In this document: positions 38,386 to 51,642 of the stretch, piece by piece
Numbering within the stretch: the first letter of the stretch is position 1
How the letters are laid out: every line of letters starts with the position of its first letter
Assembly (NCBI RefSeq): GCF_037042905.1
Contig: NC_087245.1
Location: 23,066,001-23,130,000, forward strand
DNA from: Lytechinus pictus
Lineage: Eukaryota
DNA: 64,000 nt
Direction of reading: 5' to 3'
Notes under the pieces: model-generated
Database searches by the model: none
What the model was told of the DNA's origin: nothing
Seen by the model: the letters and a program-made list of their open reading frames with translations, nothing else
Made by a program: the position numbers and the translations under genes

Positions 38386-41124
38386 CGCAAATTAACTTTA
38401 AGTGGAATAATTTATTTTTTTCGAACTTAATGATCTCGCAAAGATGTACTCTTTTTCTCTTATATGTATAAATGATGTTTTGTTTTAATTAAAAAGAAAA
38501 ATACGGGGAAATATTATGAACTCGAAATTTAAAACAAATAAGAAGAAAGGGGAAACGGAGTACAATAATACTATTATTTTGGAGGAGAAATTACAGTTAG
38601 TTTTATTGATATTATATAATGACTAGGGTTTTGACTATATGGTTTGATTATCAAATAACAATAAAAGAAAATGAAATGAAACACATTATAACAAAGACGT
38701 GCGTATAATAATGAGAGATGATGGAGAATTAAATGACAGGAATAAACTGTAAGAGATATTGACGATTTGACGTACAGCTGGAATGCGAATACAGTATAAA
38801 AATAGCAAAATATCAATAGGAAAGGAGCAAAATGTGAAAATTATAAGTAAAATATATACCAGATTTCATTGTATTCTATTTTATCATATAGATTTAATTT
38901 ATTAGCGTTTTTTTTTTCTTTAAAAATGTAAGAATGATATTCACTACTGCTTTGATGTGTAAAGGACATCGCAAGCCTTACGGCTGGTCCACGATCAAAT
39001 TTTGGAACGAATTGCATTTTGCTCATTTTCTGAAAATGTGAATGAAAAGTTTATTTTTATTTGAATTTAAATTAAGGGAATGGATACTACTACTGATTAA
39101 CCTAGACGTAAAATGTTTCCAAGGTAATTGGTTATATACCAGCAAAAAATGCTGTCCTGCCGAGTTCATACGGGAGTTACCACAAACAGAAACAGATACT
39201 TATATAACGATTTTGGATGATTGCAAGCTTTTATTTTGGGGTAAAGGCCTAATAAGTTTCAAATCGTAGCCAACCATACGATTGCTATGACGTCATTACG
39301 ACTAGATATTAAAATTCACTTTTAATCTAATACGGATGATAGCATAGTCACAGATTTGGACATGGGTATTTGTATAATGATTTAGAACATTAAACAGTGA
39401 GATGTTCCATGTCTCAATATTAGCATCAAATTCTATTAACGTTTTATTCCAGAATCGGGTCGCAGACCAATTGTAAGGTATATGCGATCTCCTTAAGATT
39501 GATGTGATAGACATATTTTACACACATGCATGGAAATATGAAATGTTTATGATTTCAAGTAATAAAATAAGAAAATGGAAAATCCACATAATGAATATTC
39601 CTGTGGGCATACGTGCAACATTTTGCACAAAATATCTACTCTACTTATTTCAGATTTTGAAGAAATTTCAGCGCTTTTATGATTTATTTTTTTAGAATTA
39701 GATGTCATTATTCCAGCCTGGAGCATGCCTTTATATCAAGAAACTATACGCCGATATGTAAAATATTTTCATTTTTTTCAGAAAATATATGTTTTGGATA
39801 CAAACGATTTCATCCAACTTCAGTTCAATTTCGCTATTTGTCGTATGTTTATCAAAATATCAGGCTACTTGGCCATTCTGTCAAAATTTTGAACTTGATA
39901 AAAAAGATCATTTGCATGTTAAATATATATAAAATATCATTTATAAATATATATAAAAGATTGATATGCCTGCTTCAAATGAATGTCAGGTCAACACTCA
40001 ACCATTCACATGTAAAGCCCATACCAACAATAACGAGCGGATGCTAATAATATGATAGGGGTGAAATTAATGTGGAACTCTAAAATGACGCTTTATTTAT
40101 TATTTTGTTTCAATTTTGGGTTATTGTCTTATATTCATGTTTTGAATCAACTTGTTGTTATGTGGTGGACCTTATATACAAAAATTGCGTTGTTGCTTAT
40201 AGTGAAGCAAAGCGAATGGTCAAAATTATTGGTTAAGTAAAAGTACTTTACCAAAAGAACACACGATAGACTTGAAGACAAAAATAATGAAGAGAACATG
40301 ACATTTTGATAAGAATTACATGTTTCGAGGTAATAAAATCTCATTCTCAGCCTGAAAATTAAACAGAGAGATTGGTATATACACTTTGGATAACAGTAAA
40401 TTTGAAGAATGTAGTTACACGCGATTACAAAAATAGAAGATATGTTGTGAATTCAATTTTTTAAAGGATTAAAAGCTGATTAATCAGAACATTTAGGGGG
40501 TAAGGTGGTATAGAAAGCATTGTTTCAAAACGGGGCACCGGTTGGTTGAGTTGGATGAGCATTCTCCATTTGAGTAAAATATCTTCTTTTGACTTTTAGT
40601 TGAAAATCAGTTTGAGCAGAATCGAGAATTTGCAAACACTGCATGTGTAATGCATTCAGACAAGTATTGGGGTGCATGTTTGTAGGTGTGTCCAAATGTG
40701 GAGGAAATAATCCTTCCACAGGACCGGTACACTGTAAAAACTGTGGTGTTAAAACTGACACCAGTGGGTGTGAATAGAGGACCACACTCTCTGGTGTTAA
40801 AATTACACCCTAGAGATTGAATATAACAACAAAGATTGTACATGTAACAACCAGAGGTGTTGCAATAACACCTATAGGTGCTAAACTAACAGTGTCAATT
40901 TAACACCGGTGTAAAATAACTGGTGTGGTCCTCTATGTACACCGTTTAACACTTCAGTTTTTGCTGTGTACTCCTGTACTCGTGTCTTATTATTGTGTTT
41001 GGTATGTTTGGTTTCACCAATGATGTATAGCGACATTGTGAGCAGAATTCATAAGGGATATGTGGTGTAATGAGCGATCCCGAAAATTCATTACGATTAT
41101 TTCTTAAAACATTTCTATATGTAG

Positions 41125-41169
41125 ATAGCAGCAGCAGCAGCAGCAGTGAAAGCGGAAGTAGGAGTAGAG
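41125..41169 (+). CDS. Gene 2 Ser-rich exon (DSSSSSSSESGSRSR)
   Basis: Acceptor atttctatatgtag, donor AG|gtgagt, 45 nt, phase 1-1, in frame with the flanking exons. Confidence 0.75.
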
Positions 41170-43971
41170 GTGAGTGACGTCATCACAAAATGCCATATTT
41201 CCATTAAATGATGTTAAAAGAATTGGATAAAACAACATTGATATTTTTGGAAAAGCAACAACTTTTAAACTGTATATATTGTGGTATTTTTAGAATTGTT
41301 CATAGGGATAAAAATGTTATTCTGGAAGAACAAATCTATTCCGTGAATCATTTAACGAAATAATAACGGTAACAACAATAATAATAATTATAGTGATAAT
41401 AAAAATGATAACAACAATAATAATCTTGATAAAAATAATGATAATAATGATAATAATATTAATAATGATAATATAATAAATTGTCTCCTGGATAGTCTAA
41501 TTGTATATGACATGAATTTGGGATTATATTTTTGGTCTTCGTACATTTTCGAAGGCTAATATAATGTGAATACTTTTAAAACATATCGCAGATCTGCAAA
41601 AACTAGGAACTTACAGCTCATTTTTCTTAAAAGTAAGAGTTAAGTGAAAGTTAACCAATGCTTATAATTCGAAATCCTTTTTTTTTTGTAACGTTCACTT
41701 TTCTCCAGTAATAAGGTCTAGGAACCAGACTCAACCTTGCTAGAAAAAAAAATCGCCGTTACTGGCATGGGAGTTATAACGGCACATTTATTATTATTTT
41801 GTTTTATTATTTCAAACAAGAACAAATCCAATGGGGAACAACATCGGTCACCAATCCCGGAGGAAAAGGTGGGTATTTTCTAATGATTACTTTAATGTAC
41901 TGTCCATCAGAGGGTGTTTTAGCATACGCTTCGCAGACTTTTTTTGGAACGTTAAGAGTCGTTTGAAAATTCTCGTCAAAAACACAATGGACAGATTAGA
42001 GGTCGCTGTCGAAAGTTGAGTGGACCGAGACAGCACATCGTCTTAAGAATTCGTACCGGACGAAAAATTGCAAATATGCAGTGAGTCCAGTCTCCAAGAC
42101 GAAACTGCCGTTTTCATTCAGCGATTTTCGATAACTAAGGACTATAGCGAAAAGCTTATCGGCGTTATAGAAAGCGTCTGCTAAAATGCCCTACTACGTG
42201 CTGGGTGACTTTCGCGACCAGCGATCATCAATCACACAAGTTTGTACTCATGGCCGTAAAAGTAATTTTTTATCAAGACGCGTAAAAGTTTTGAAGGAGC
42301 AAAGAGCATTTTTGATAGTGAAATAAGAGGATTTCTTGCACATTTTGATGAATTTCGTGAGTTTTTTTTTCAGTAGAAATGTTTTTTCTAAAGTGTCTAA
42401 ATTATTTTGGTGGGGGGGGGGGGGGGCGCCTGCCGCTGCATACGACCGGTTGTAATTTGCAATTTGTTTGTGTTTTTAATTTTTAATCGAGAGAATGTCC
42501 ATTTTCTTGTCTTTTTTTTTAGCCTTGGTGACTCTAACCAAGACGCTCGTTCACTGGATTGTAATAGAAATTGCATTAAGATTGAATAGGGACTTTTCAA
42601 TTGTAAACTAAAGTATATAGAAACAAATCCACGAAGAGTATTGATTCCTCGAGTAATATTGAATATATAAGACAATATTGAATCTATGGAATGGGTTAAA
42701 ATTGTGAAGTAAACTCATATAGCTCTCTGTGGTCGCGACGTTTTACCAACCGCTTTCGGCTTCATCAAGCGAATAAACACCAAGCGTGTCTTTCCAAGTG
42801 ATCTTGCAGCCAAGATCACTAGACCGCAGTGAAACCAGGTGATGTGAGCTAAATCATGGAAATTGCTCGTTCTTGCTCGCATTTGTTCGTTGCCATCTGT
42901 CTTTGCTCGCTTGAAGTTTGCTTGCGTTCGGTTGCAGATGTTTAAAAAAATTCAAGCTACCGTGCTAGAATGCAATAGTCCAGGATAGGCCCCATAGATA
43001 ACTGACCAAACCTTGTTTTTTTTTATATATACAATATTTGTTTATGGTTTCTTGTCAATTCGAGGGTGCTGATTACGAATCTGAATGATGCCACTCGTGT
43101 AACCTTGAGCATTTTCCGCAAATTGGCAAAATCCAATATGGCCGCCAAAATATATAAATTACCCATGAAAATCATAAAATTGTCCGCGTATTGGCTATGA
43201 AATGCATGAAATTGTGTGGCAGGAGTGAAAAACTCTCTGAAAAAATAATTTTTGACAAAATATTTATTTTCCTGATATTCAAAATGGCCGCCATAGGCAA
43301 TTGTATACTCTATTATGTACAATATGAATAGGGAAAACTAATTTTCAAAAAATAAGCACTAAACTGCAAAAAATCGCGATGTATGAACGAAGTAATATAT
43401 GCAAATCTTCATTACTAACGAGATATATCATTTATTATGTCATATATGGAAACATTGCTGTATTTTGATATCTAAAATAGCTGCCACTGGCCCAAGGAGT
43501 ATTATTTACAATGGCAAAGGCCGGGGCCAAAAAAAAAAGAGTGAGCACTAAAATGCATATTATTAAGGTAAACGAGTGGAATACTCACTAAAACCATAAT
43601 TGTTAATATGCCATTTATGTGATAAATGCTGTATTTTGAAATCCAAAATGGCTGCCATATGCCCTATATTTATCATGTACAATGCGAATGGCGAAACTAT
43701 TTTTCACACGAGTAAGAAACATAAAATGCATGTAATTGTGATGTACGAGTGAAATATTGTCTGACAACATTGTTTTATAGCAAGACATATCATTTCTTTT
43801 GTCATGCATGAAATAAGTGATTATGAAATTCAAAATGGCCCCTATTTGCCCTAACAGTATTATCTACAATGTGAATCGGGACATATAATTTTGTAAGAAT
43901 TTTGATTTGTTTGACAATCCATATAATCCTGTTGTATGAGTAAAATGTTATTTGAAAACATATTTTTGTTT

Positions 43972-44568
43972 GGATGTTGTTTGAAGGTTTGCATGGTGGT
44001 ATGTACAATCGCTGATGTGGTTTACGGTACACCATGTGAAGTGTTGTAGAAACAGTGGAAAGGAGAAGAGAAGAAATGGATAGGCGAGAAAGTGGAGATT
44101 TGAGAGTAGAGTATTCTTTCTTGAAGGTAGTCCTGAAAAGGACTGTAAACCAGGAAAGATTGATGAGTTGAGAACAGCTTGAGTAGTAGAGCTAGTGAGG
44201 AGATGCTGGCTTGAGTCGGCGAGTAGAGATGATGAGTAGTAGAGAGACTCGACGTTTCGGGCAGGTTGACTGTCCGTCTTCAGGAGACACTCCTGAAGAC
44301 GGACAGTCAACCTGCCCGAAACGTCGAGTCTCTCTACTACTCATCATCTCTACTCGCCGACTCAAGCCAGCATCTCCTCACTAGCTCTACTACTCAAGCT
44401 GTTCTCAACTCATCAATCTTTCCTGGTTTACAGTCCTTTTCAGGACTACCTTCAAGAAAGAATACTCTACTCTCAAATCTCCACTTTCTCGCCTATCCAT
44501 TTCTTCTCTTCTCCTTTCCACTGTTTCTACAACACTTCACATGGTGTACCGTAAACCACATCAGCGAT
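43972..44568. mobile_element. Penelope-like element remnant: inverted pair of pseudo-LTR fragments forming a perfect palindrome
   Basis: Arms 44008..44286 and 44290..44568 (279 bp each, 3-nt spacer ACA). 36-bp extension on the left arm only. 12-bp duplication ATATTTTTGTTT at 43960..43971 and 44567..44578. Hammerhead motif at the centre. Confidence 0.75.
44289..44329 (+). ncRNA. Minimal type I hammerhead ribozyme motif (mirror copy on the - strand, 44247..44286)
   Basis: ACTC-CTGAAGA-C-GGACAG-TCAAC-CTGCCC-GAAAC-GTC^-GAGT: CUGANGA and GAAA cores, helix I ACTC/GAGT, helix II with one mismatch, loopless palindromic ACGT helix III, GUC cleavage triplet. Confidence 0.75.
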
Positions 44569-46364
44569 ATTTTTGTTTATAAATTATAGCATTTCTTCTG
44601 CCATATAGGTGATAAATACTGTATTTTGACATTCAAAATAACCTCTACAAGCCCTAACTAAATTATTTAATATGCGAATAGGGAAACTAATTTTCACAAG
44701 AGTGAGAATCATAAAATGCATATAACTGTGATGCACGAGTAAAATGTTGTCTTAAACATGATTTATAACTGAATACATCACATATTGGTCATGGAGGTAA
44801 TAAATGCTGTACTTTAAAATCCAAAATGGCTGCCATAGGTCCTAAAAGTATTGTGTACATTGTAACATGGGACATATGATTTGGACAGAATTTGGCTTTG
44901 CTTGACTCTAAATATTGCATATGATTGTGAATTATGATGTAAGGGTGAAATATTGTCTAAAACCATGGTTTCTAACGAGATATATCATAATGTTGTGTAA
45001 TTAAGGTGATAAATGCTGCATTTTTAATTGAAAATGGCCACCATAGGCCCTTATCGTAAAATATACAATTTGAGTGGAGACAAATAATGTTCACAAAAAG
45101 GGCATATGGCAGCCATTTTGAATGTTGAAATACAGTATTTATCACCTAAATTACATAAGATATGATATATTTTGTTATAAATCATGTTTTCAGACAATAT
45201 TTCACTCATACATCACCATTTGGCCAAGCAAAGCCAAATTCTATTGAAATGATTTGTTCCCATTCACATTGTGCATTATACCGTAAGGGCCTGTAGCGGC
45301 CATTTTGACTTTCAAATAACAGTATTTATCACCTAACTGGCAGAATAAATGATATATCTTAATATAAATTATGCTTTCAGACAGTATTTTACTCATATAT
45401 CACTATTACGTGCATTTATGGTGCTCACTCCTGTGAATATTGGTTTACCACTTTGCATTGTACATATTACAGTTAATGTCTATGGCGGCCATTTTAAAAG
45501 TCTAAATACAGTAGTTAACACAAACTTGAAACCTGAATGATATATTTCGTTAGAAAATACGTTTTAAGACAGTATCCCATTAATTTATCACATATATAGT
45601 GCTCACTTTTGTGATTTCTTTGCTCCCCCTTTCTCATTGCGCATAATACTTTTAGGGCCTTTGGCAGCCATTTTGAATATCAAAATACAACATTCATCAC
45701 ATACATGGCATAATAATACTATATTTCGTTAACAAATATGTTTTTAGTCAGTATTCTACTCGTTTAATCTTAATAATATGCATTTTAGTGATCACTCTTG
45801 TGAATGTTTTGGACCCCATTGCCATTGTATGCAATACTGTTTGGGCCAGTGGTGGCTATTTTAGATATCACAATACAGCAATGTTCCCATATATGACATA
45901 ATAAATGATATATCTCATTAGTAATGATGATTTGCATATATTACTTCGTTCATACATCGCGATTTTTTGCAGTTTAGTGCTCATTTTTGTGAAAATTAGT
46001 TTTCCCTATTCATATTGTACATAATAGAGTATACAAGGGCCTATGGCAGCCATTTTGAATATCAGGAAAATAAATATTTTGTCAAAAATTATTTTTTCAG
46101 AGAGTATTTCACTCCTGTCACACAATTTCATGCATTTCATAGCCAATGTGCGGACAATTTTATGATTTTCATGGGTAATTTGCATATTTTGGCGGCCATA
46201 TTGGATTTTGCCAATTTGCGGAAAATGCTCAAGGTTACACGAGTGGCATCAATCAGATTCGGGATCAGCACCCTCGAATTGACAAGAAACCATAAAAAAA
46301 TGTTGTATATATAAAAAACAAGGTTATGCCTCTTCTATCCTGGACTACAAGGCCTCTGCGTTAA

Positions 46365-47054
46365 AGCCCCCTCACACCTGACGGAATGTAGGCGGACGAA
46401 GGGTGACGAATAGGAAAAATGCACGAAATGCACGCGAATTCAACGAATTCGAATAAAATTTCTGTCAAATCATGCAATCAGTAACAATTATCATATTTTA
46501 TCAATGAACGGTAAGCAAATGATAAATATTACATGCGAAGGATATCCATTTTTCGGTTCACCTCTTCACCTAGTTAATTGCAGGGTTGATATAACCCAAT
46601 AAGACGAACGAACAGTGAGCAATGGTTTGATAGGGTGTGCGATTAGAAACGAAGACGAGGGAATAGATCGGGCAATCTTGTTCGTTGTGTCATCGTGATG
46701 CTTCGTTACGGGTTCTTTCGAGATCGGTCCACTTTGGCAAAAGCGCGAAGAGGGACTATGCGCGACAAAAACGCACGAACGATAAACAAACGATTACCGC
46801 ATACTAAATAAGAGATCCGAATTCAAACAGATGATCAACGATTTTTCAATTCGTCGGGAAATTTTAAACATGTTCAAAATTTCCGCACGAATTTGAATAA
46901 TCGCAGCTGTTAGTTCAGAAGATGTACGAACCCAAATACGAAGGGTAAATATGATTTACTATCAGAAACCATTGAAAACGATTTGTTTAAAAATGCCTTT
47001 CGCCAGCCGTCGCAAGGCATATTTACGGCAATTCGGTCAGGTGTGAGGGAGCCT
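46365..47054. mobile_element. Non-autonomous TIR element (possibly PIF/Harbinger-like)
   Basis: Termini agccccctcacacctgacggaat / attcggtcaggtgtgagggagcct with TAA/TTA-like flanks. Confidence 0.6.
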
Positions 47055-47492
47055 TTAGGTAAGAGGGGGCCTTTAGACTGAGTATTAACCTCGTATTAGC
47101 TCGTTCCATTGCGTTGTGTTCCTTGGTCTGCGTTCGGGAAATCCGTAGCTAAACGTAAGCCAGACTTAATCGAATTTCGCTCATAATTCACAGCAGAGAA
47201 TACCTCCTGATTATAAAAGCATTCGAAAGATAGCTTTGGAAACTTTCGAAGATGGTATGCTCTTTCAGGATCTATACCATAAACTTTTCAGAAAAAGTTT
47301 CATTAAACATGTAATTTTTGAGTTGTTATATTCTTTTTTGTACTCACTGACTCGGTATGAGTATTTTGAAGTAAAGCTTAACCATGTATTTACAAAACTG
47401 TAACAGTGACAATTTAGTCTTTAGACAGGTTTAAAACATGTTAAAGGTGGAAGATTCTATTATTTGATGTTATGATTTTTTTTTGCATACAG

Positions 47493-47681
47493 GCAGCAAT
47501 AGGGTTGAATGTGATGGAGGACCTTTACAAAGAACAGAGCTCTTGACTGGCCTCCAACCGCCCTGCACTGTGACGGCTAATTTCAATAGCGACGCCGATA
47601 ATGCAATCCTGAATTTCTGCGCTAATCAACTCGATACCACTGACCCAGCTAGCGTTGATACAGCTGACTGTTATGACTTGG
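47493..47681 (+). CDS. Gene 2 exon, first half of galectin/ConA-fold-like domain (GSNRVECDGGPLQRTELLTGLQPPCTVTANFNSDADNAILNFCANQLDTTDPASVDTADCYDL)
   Basis: Acceptor tttttttttgcatacag, donor G|gtatgt, 189 nt, phase 1-1, open frame. Confidence 0.8.
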
Positions 47682-48227
47682 GTATGTCTTCCACATAAGA
47701 TAGTTTTCATGATTAATAGGGCCTGGGGATGATTTATGGGGGTAAGGGGTAGATCCAGGATTTTGAAAGAGGGGGGGGGGGGCACATTTTCCCAAGGAAA
47801 AATTTGACAAGCAAAAGAAACAGAAAAAAGGTCTTCACTTTCAAGGGAGGGGGGTGCGCACTTCTGCTTTACGGCATTTTTACATTACAAATTTTAATTG
47901 TGCCTCTCAAAGGAGGGGGGGGGGGCAAAGTCGGCCCGTGCCACCCTCCCTTTCTCTCCCCCTGGATCCGCCAGTGACAGAGGTGCTGAATGAAGGTGAT
48001 ATGGTAGGAAAAAATCATATTTTCTCGTTTTTGTTGTTATTTTTTATTTATATTTTGCATTTTTTTACATTGTCCATGGCCAATAACTTGATTTTAACTG
48101 GGATACAATAAATGAAATACAAATATAATAAAACAGTGATGTATCACCAGGGAACATGTACCATTTATCATTTACTAATGAAAAGACTCAAACAATTACT
48201 TTTCATTTGATAAAATTACATTTGCAG

Positions 48228-48479
48228 AGATAAGCTCAACAGATGCTCCATCCATAGTGTTCAAGAACGGGCAAATTATCAAGCAGACTGCAGCACAACC
48301 ATTCTTTGAGAAAGGGGTCTTGACTATACTCGAAATCACTATCAACTATTCCAAATGCACGGTGTTAAACAGGAACAACGGTCTCGAGATACCAATCGAA
48401 TCACCAAACGAAATTTCCTTTAGGTACTTGTATGTGTCAACCACCACAGGACAGCATTCAACAATAGATGCTCAGGAAG
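48228..48479 (+). CDS. Gene 2 exon, second half of the domain (EISSTDAPSIVFKNGQIIKQTAAQPFFEKGVLTILEITINYSKCTVLNRNNGLEIPIESPNEISFRYLYVSTTTGQHSTIDAQE)
   Basis: Acceptor catttgcag, donor AAG|gtaatc, 252 nt, phase 1-1, open frame. Confidence 0.8.
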
Positions 48480-48961
48480 GTAATCATTCATTATATTTCT
48501 ATCTAGGGGTTGTTACACATAGACTTAATTGTTACTAAAACTAACGCAACTCAAGCTTAAATGCCGACGCACACATGATATTTTACGCACAATTTTATAT
48601 TGATTGATTGATTGATAGCGCGCGTGTACTTAGAATGAGTTGACCAACGCGATGATGCGTTTTATACTGTATACATGCAACTGGGAATTTAAATACGACA
48701 GTAATTACGTCACATTTACATCTTTGAGAAATATTGCATGGGTGTTTTTTTTTAATAGGGGCAATTCGACATAAATGTGACATGTGTGTATCGATAAAAT
48801 TAGATTTCTATGATAGAATTACACTACCACTATCCAGGGGGAAAACAGAAAGCGGGGAATAAGATGTGTAAAGAGAAAACAGTGTATGACCCTTTTTTTT
48901 TTGGGGGGGGGCAAGTGTCATAGCACACAGCCCTTTATTATTGGATAATAATTGAGGTTAT

Positions 48962-49889
48962 CAGGGGCGGACCCAGCTTTCACCAATAGGGGGGGCCGAA
49001 AAATATTTTCATCAACATTTTTCTCTATTGGCCGCTATAATCTGTTGTTTTTTTTTTGGGGGGGGGTTGGTTTTTCATGGGGTAGTCCTAACTAAAGACT
49101 GATGTTTTAAGTATTTGTTATTTTTTATTGTTATGAACAAGATATAAGATATCTCATGTGGTCTTGATATATAATGCGAGCGCAAAGCGTGAGCTCAAAT
49201 TCTTTGATATTTCGTGTCCTTAGACCTGAAGATTCTGAGCAGTTTTGATAATCATGAACAAAGATAAGTATCTAACTAAACAATGCGAGCGCGTATTGCT
49301 GTAGATGGTAAAAGGACATTTTGAGAAATTTTGGTAAGAATTCCCAAAGAGGATAGGTATCTGACAAATCAAACACTGCGCGCAGCGCGAGCTGAAAACT
49401 TTGATATAGAGTTTAGATCTATATTAACAATTTGTATAAATCAAACAAAATAATGAAAGCTTGATGTGCGAGCTGAAATATTGTGTGCAAATTGATGTCA
49501 GAATTGGATATATTAAGTGCCATTTAATTCTCTTGAGTGAGATTCATTACACAGGTAATGCGAGCGCGAAGCGCGAGCGAAAAAAATTATTTCAAGTCTA
49601 TTTTCCAATTATCCAACTCACCTTTTTTCTCGTTTCCTTTCGGGGTCGGGTTGGCCGTTACGAGGCTGTAAATTGCACATCATGGGTAAAAGACCTCTTT
49701 CTTACTTTTGTTTCTGTTTTCATTGTTTCTATCAAGTTAAAGAGTACACTTTTTCTGCAGGTTGCCAAAAATAGGGGGCGGGGCCGGCTCGGCCCACTCC
49801 TGGATCTGCGCCTGTAAAGAGTAAACTTTTCTGCAGGTTGCCAAAAAATAGGGGGGGGGGCGGCTCGGCCTACTCCTGGATCCGCGCCT
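48962..49889. mobile_element. hAT-like non-autonomous element related to ~7332..9206, with a duplicated right end
   Basis: Start CAGGGGCGGACCCAGCTTT..CCAATAGG, end CTGGATCCGCGCCTG. ~75-bp tandem duplication at ~49740..49889. GCGAAGC motifs. Confidence 0.7.
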
Positions 49890-50669
49890 GGTTATCTAGG
49901 TTTAGTGATGTATTCGCCGTTGTAACCATCGCGGGTAGGCACTTTTGGCTCAACCACGTAGACGGACCTCTACGACGTTAGATGATTTTGGAAGACACTT
50001 TTGGTAAAAAAAAAGTTGTGTGACATAGGAATTTTGTTTTTCGCATCCACAACGGGAACATTCAATATGCGGTGCGTATGCAAAATTCTAGTTGCTACTT
50101 TGGTAACAGCGGCATCTCCGATTTGGGATGATTTTCGAGAGCCACACGCACGTGTGTCGTCTTAGCACTCGAGCTAGCTGTGGAAGCAACAGCCAATCAG
50201 CATGCCTATACCTAAAAAGCGCCTGTCATCAAAATTTAGCTGGAGTAATGCAGATCTACAATCTAAATAAAAACAGTAAAAATCAAAGCCACGTTGATTA
50301 ATCCACGTCACTGTACGTGAAAGACTAATTGACGGATGTCATAGATCTCCGCTTTTTTTTCTTACTTGAAATTCTAACATTTGCTTGAAGTTGAGCACTT
50401 GCAATGCATTTCATGGGATCCATGCAAGGCAAGCCCCGGGCCCGCCGTAACGGCTACACCTGAGCTAATTAGGCAGATGGATGGTAGAACAATAATTTCG
50501 CAGAAAAACCGCAAAGTGCCTGTTATCAGAAGTCAAGTTTCATCACCTACATTTTTACATCATTTAAAACCTTTCACAAGGGAGTGTTTATGACAATTAA
50601 CTTTGCAAGGGTGAGTGTATCGTATTTCTAATTTACGATTTTCTTTTCTCTCAAAACTTTTCTTTCTAG

Positions 50670-50684
50670 TTCCTGATAGTTCGG
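50670..50684 (+). CDS. Gene 2 15-nt micro-exon (VPDSS)
   Basis: Long pyrimidine tract ending ttttctttctag, then TTCCTGATAGTTCGG and gtaagt. Phase 1-1, no stop in frame. Confidence 0.65.
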
Positions 50685-51321
50685 GTAAGTAAACTAATTA
50701 GATCGAACATCAGCACAGTTCTATTGATCACTGTCATTACTTTCTTTTCTTCTTTTCTGACGGGTTATCTCCTCCTCACTGTAATATGGAATATATTGAC
50801 AAAAAAACCCACAACAAAATGCTAGGGGTAATCTGTCCTAGCTCACAGTTACTAAAAAGGAAATCCACTGAAATTTCAGGGCTTGTTAATAATAATAATA
50901 GTATACAAAATTTATGAAGCGCTTTATACGAAAGATTCATAGCGCTAAGAAAGAAGGAAAAAAGAATATAAATATAAGATATCTCAGTGAAAGAACAACA
51001 AAGAAACTGAAAGTGAAAACACCATTACGAAAAATCAATTATACATAACAAATAAACAGATAATCGGTGAATATATACAACTTAAATGTTGAGTGTTGAT
51101 CACTGAAATAATTATTGCAATAGCCTAGGTTGAATGTAGACATTAGAATCAGGAAGTAGATCAGAGGCAAAAAAAACCCAAAGACAATCATGAAAATGTG
51201 GAGGATGCAGTTGAAAAGACTACAGAGAAAAAGAGATGTATTATGCATTGACCTATATGAGAGACAGGCCTCCAACGCGATTCCTTCTTTGATTGAATGA
51301 GATCCGTCGCCTATTACATTT

Positions 51322-51451
51322 GAAGGACAAACCCACCCCCAACAAAACGTTGATTTGAATAAACAAAAATAAAATCAAAACAAGCAAGTGGTATTGTTGG
51401 TTTTTCTCTATTGATTCAAATCAACAATTTTCTGGGGTGGATTTGACCTTA
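51322..51451. mobile_element. Internally deleted MITE of the 9595..10055 family
   Basis: aaggacaaacccacccc..gttgatttgaat / attcaaatcaac..ggggtggatttgacctt. Confidence 0.7.
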
Positions 51452-51642
51452 TAAATGGGCAATGGTCAGTAGAAAGAACAGAGGTTATTGGCTGATGTAA
51501 CAATTTATTGAACATGGAATCATCTTGGAAGTTATCTTGCCCCAAATTCACCACTTGAATACCCACGATCCACAACTGAATGACATGTTAAAAAAAGTAC
51601 ACTAAAAAATAATAAGCATTTATTTTGGGTTTGTTTTTATAG

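Larger units (their letters stand above)
42976..46347. mobile_element. Academ-like non-autonomous DNA transposon with ~600-bp inverted arms
   Basis: Termini TAGTCCAGGATAG / CTATCCTGGACTA. 3-bp TSD CAA at 42973..42975 and 46348..46350. The arms give the mirror ORFs 43023..43322(-) and 46015..46314(+). The interior is made of degenerate repeats each containing AAAATGGCNGCC. Confidence 0.8.

Noticed and set aside
42733..42770. Second hammerhead-like motif on the minus strand (TTGATGA..AAAACGTC)
   Set aside because: Both catalytic boxes are mutated. At most a decayed Penelope remnant.
43023..46314. Mirror ORF pairs (43023-/46015+ and 43948-/44266+) as duplicated genes
   Set aside because: By-products of inverted repeats with no recognisable protein features.
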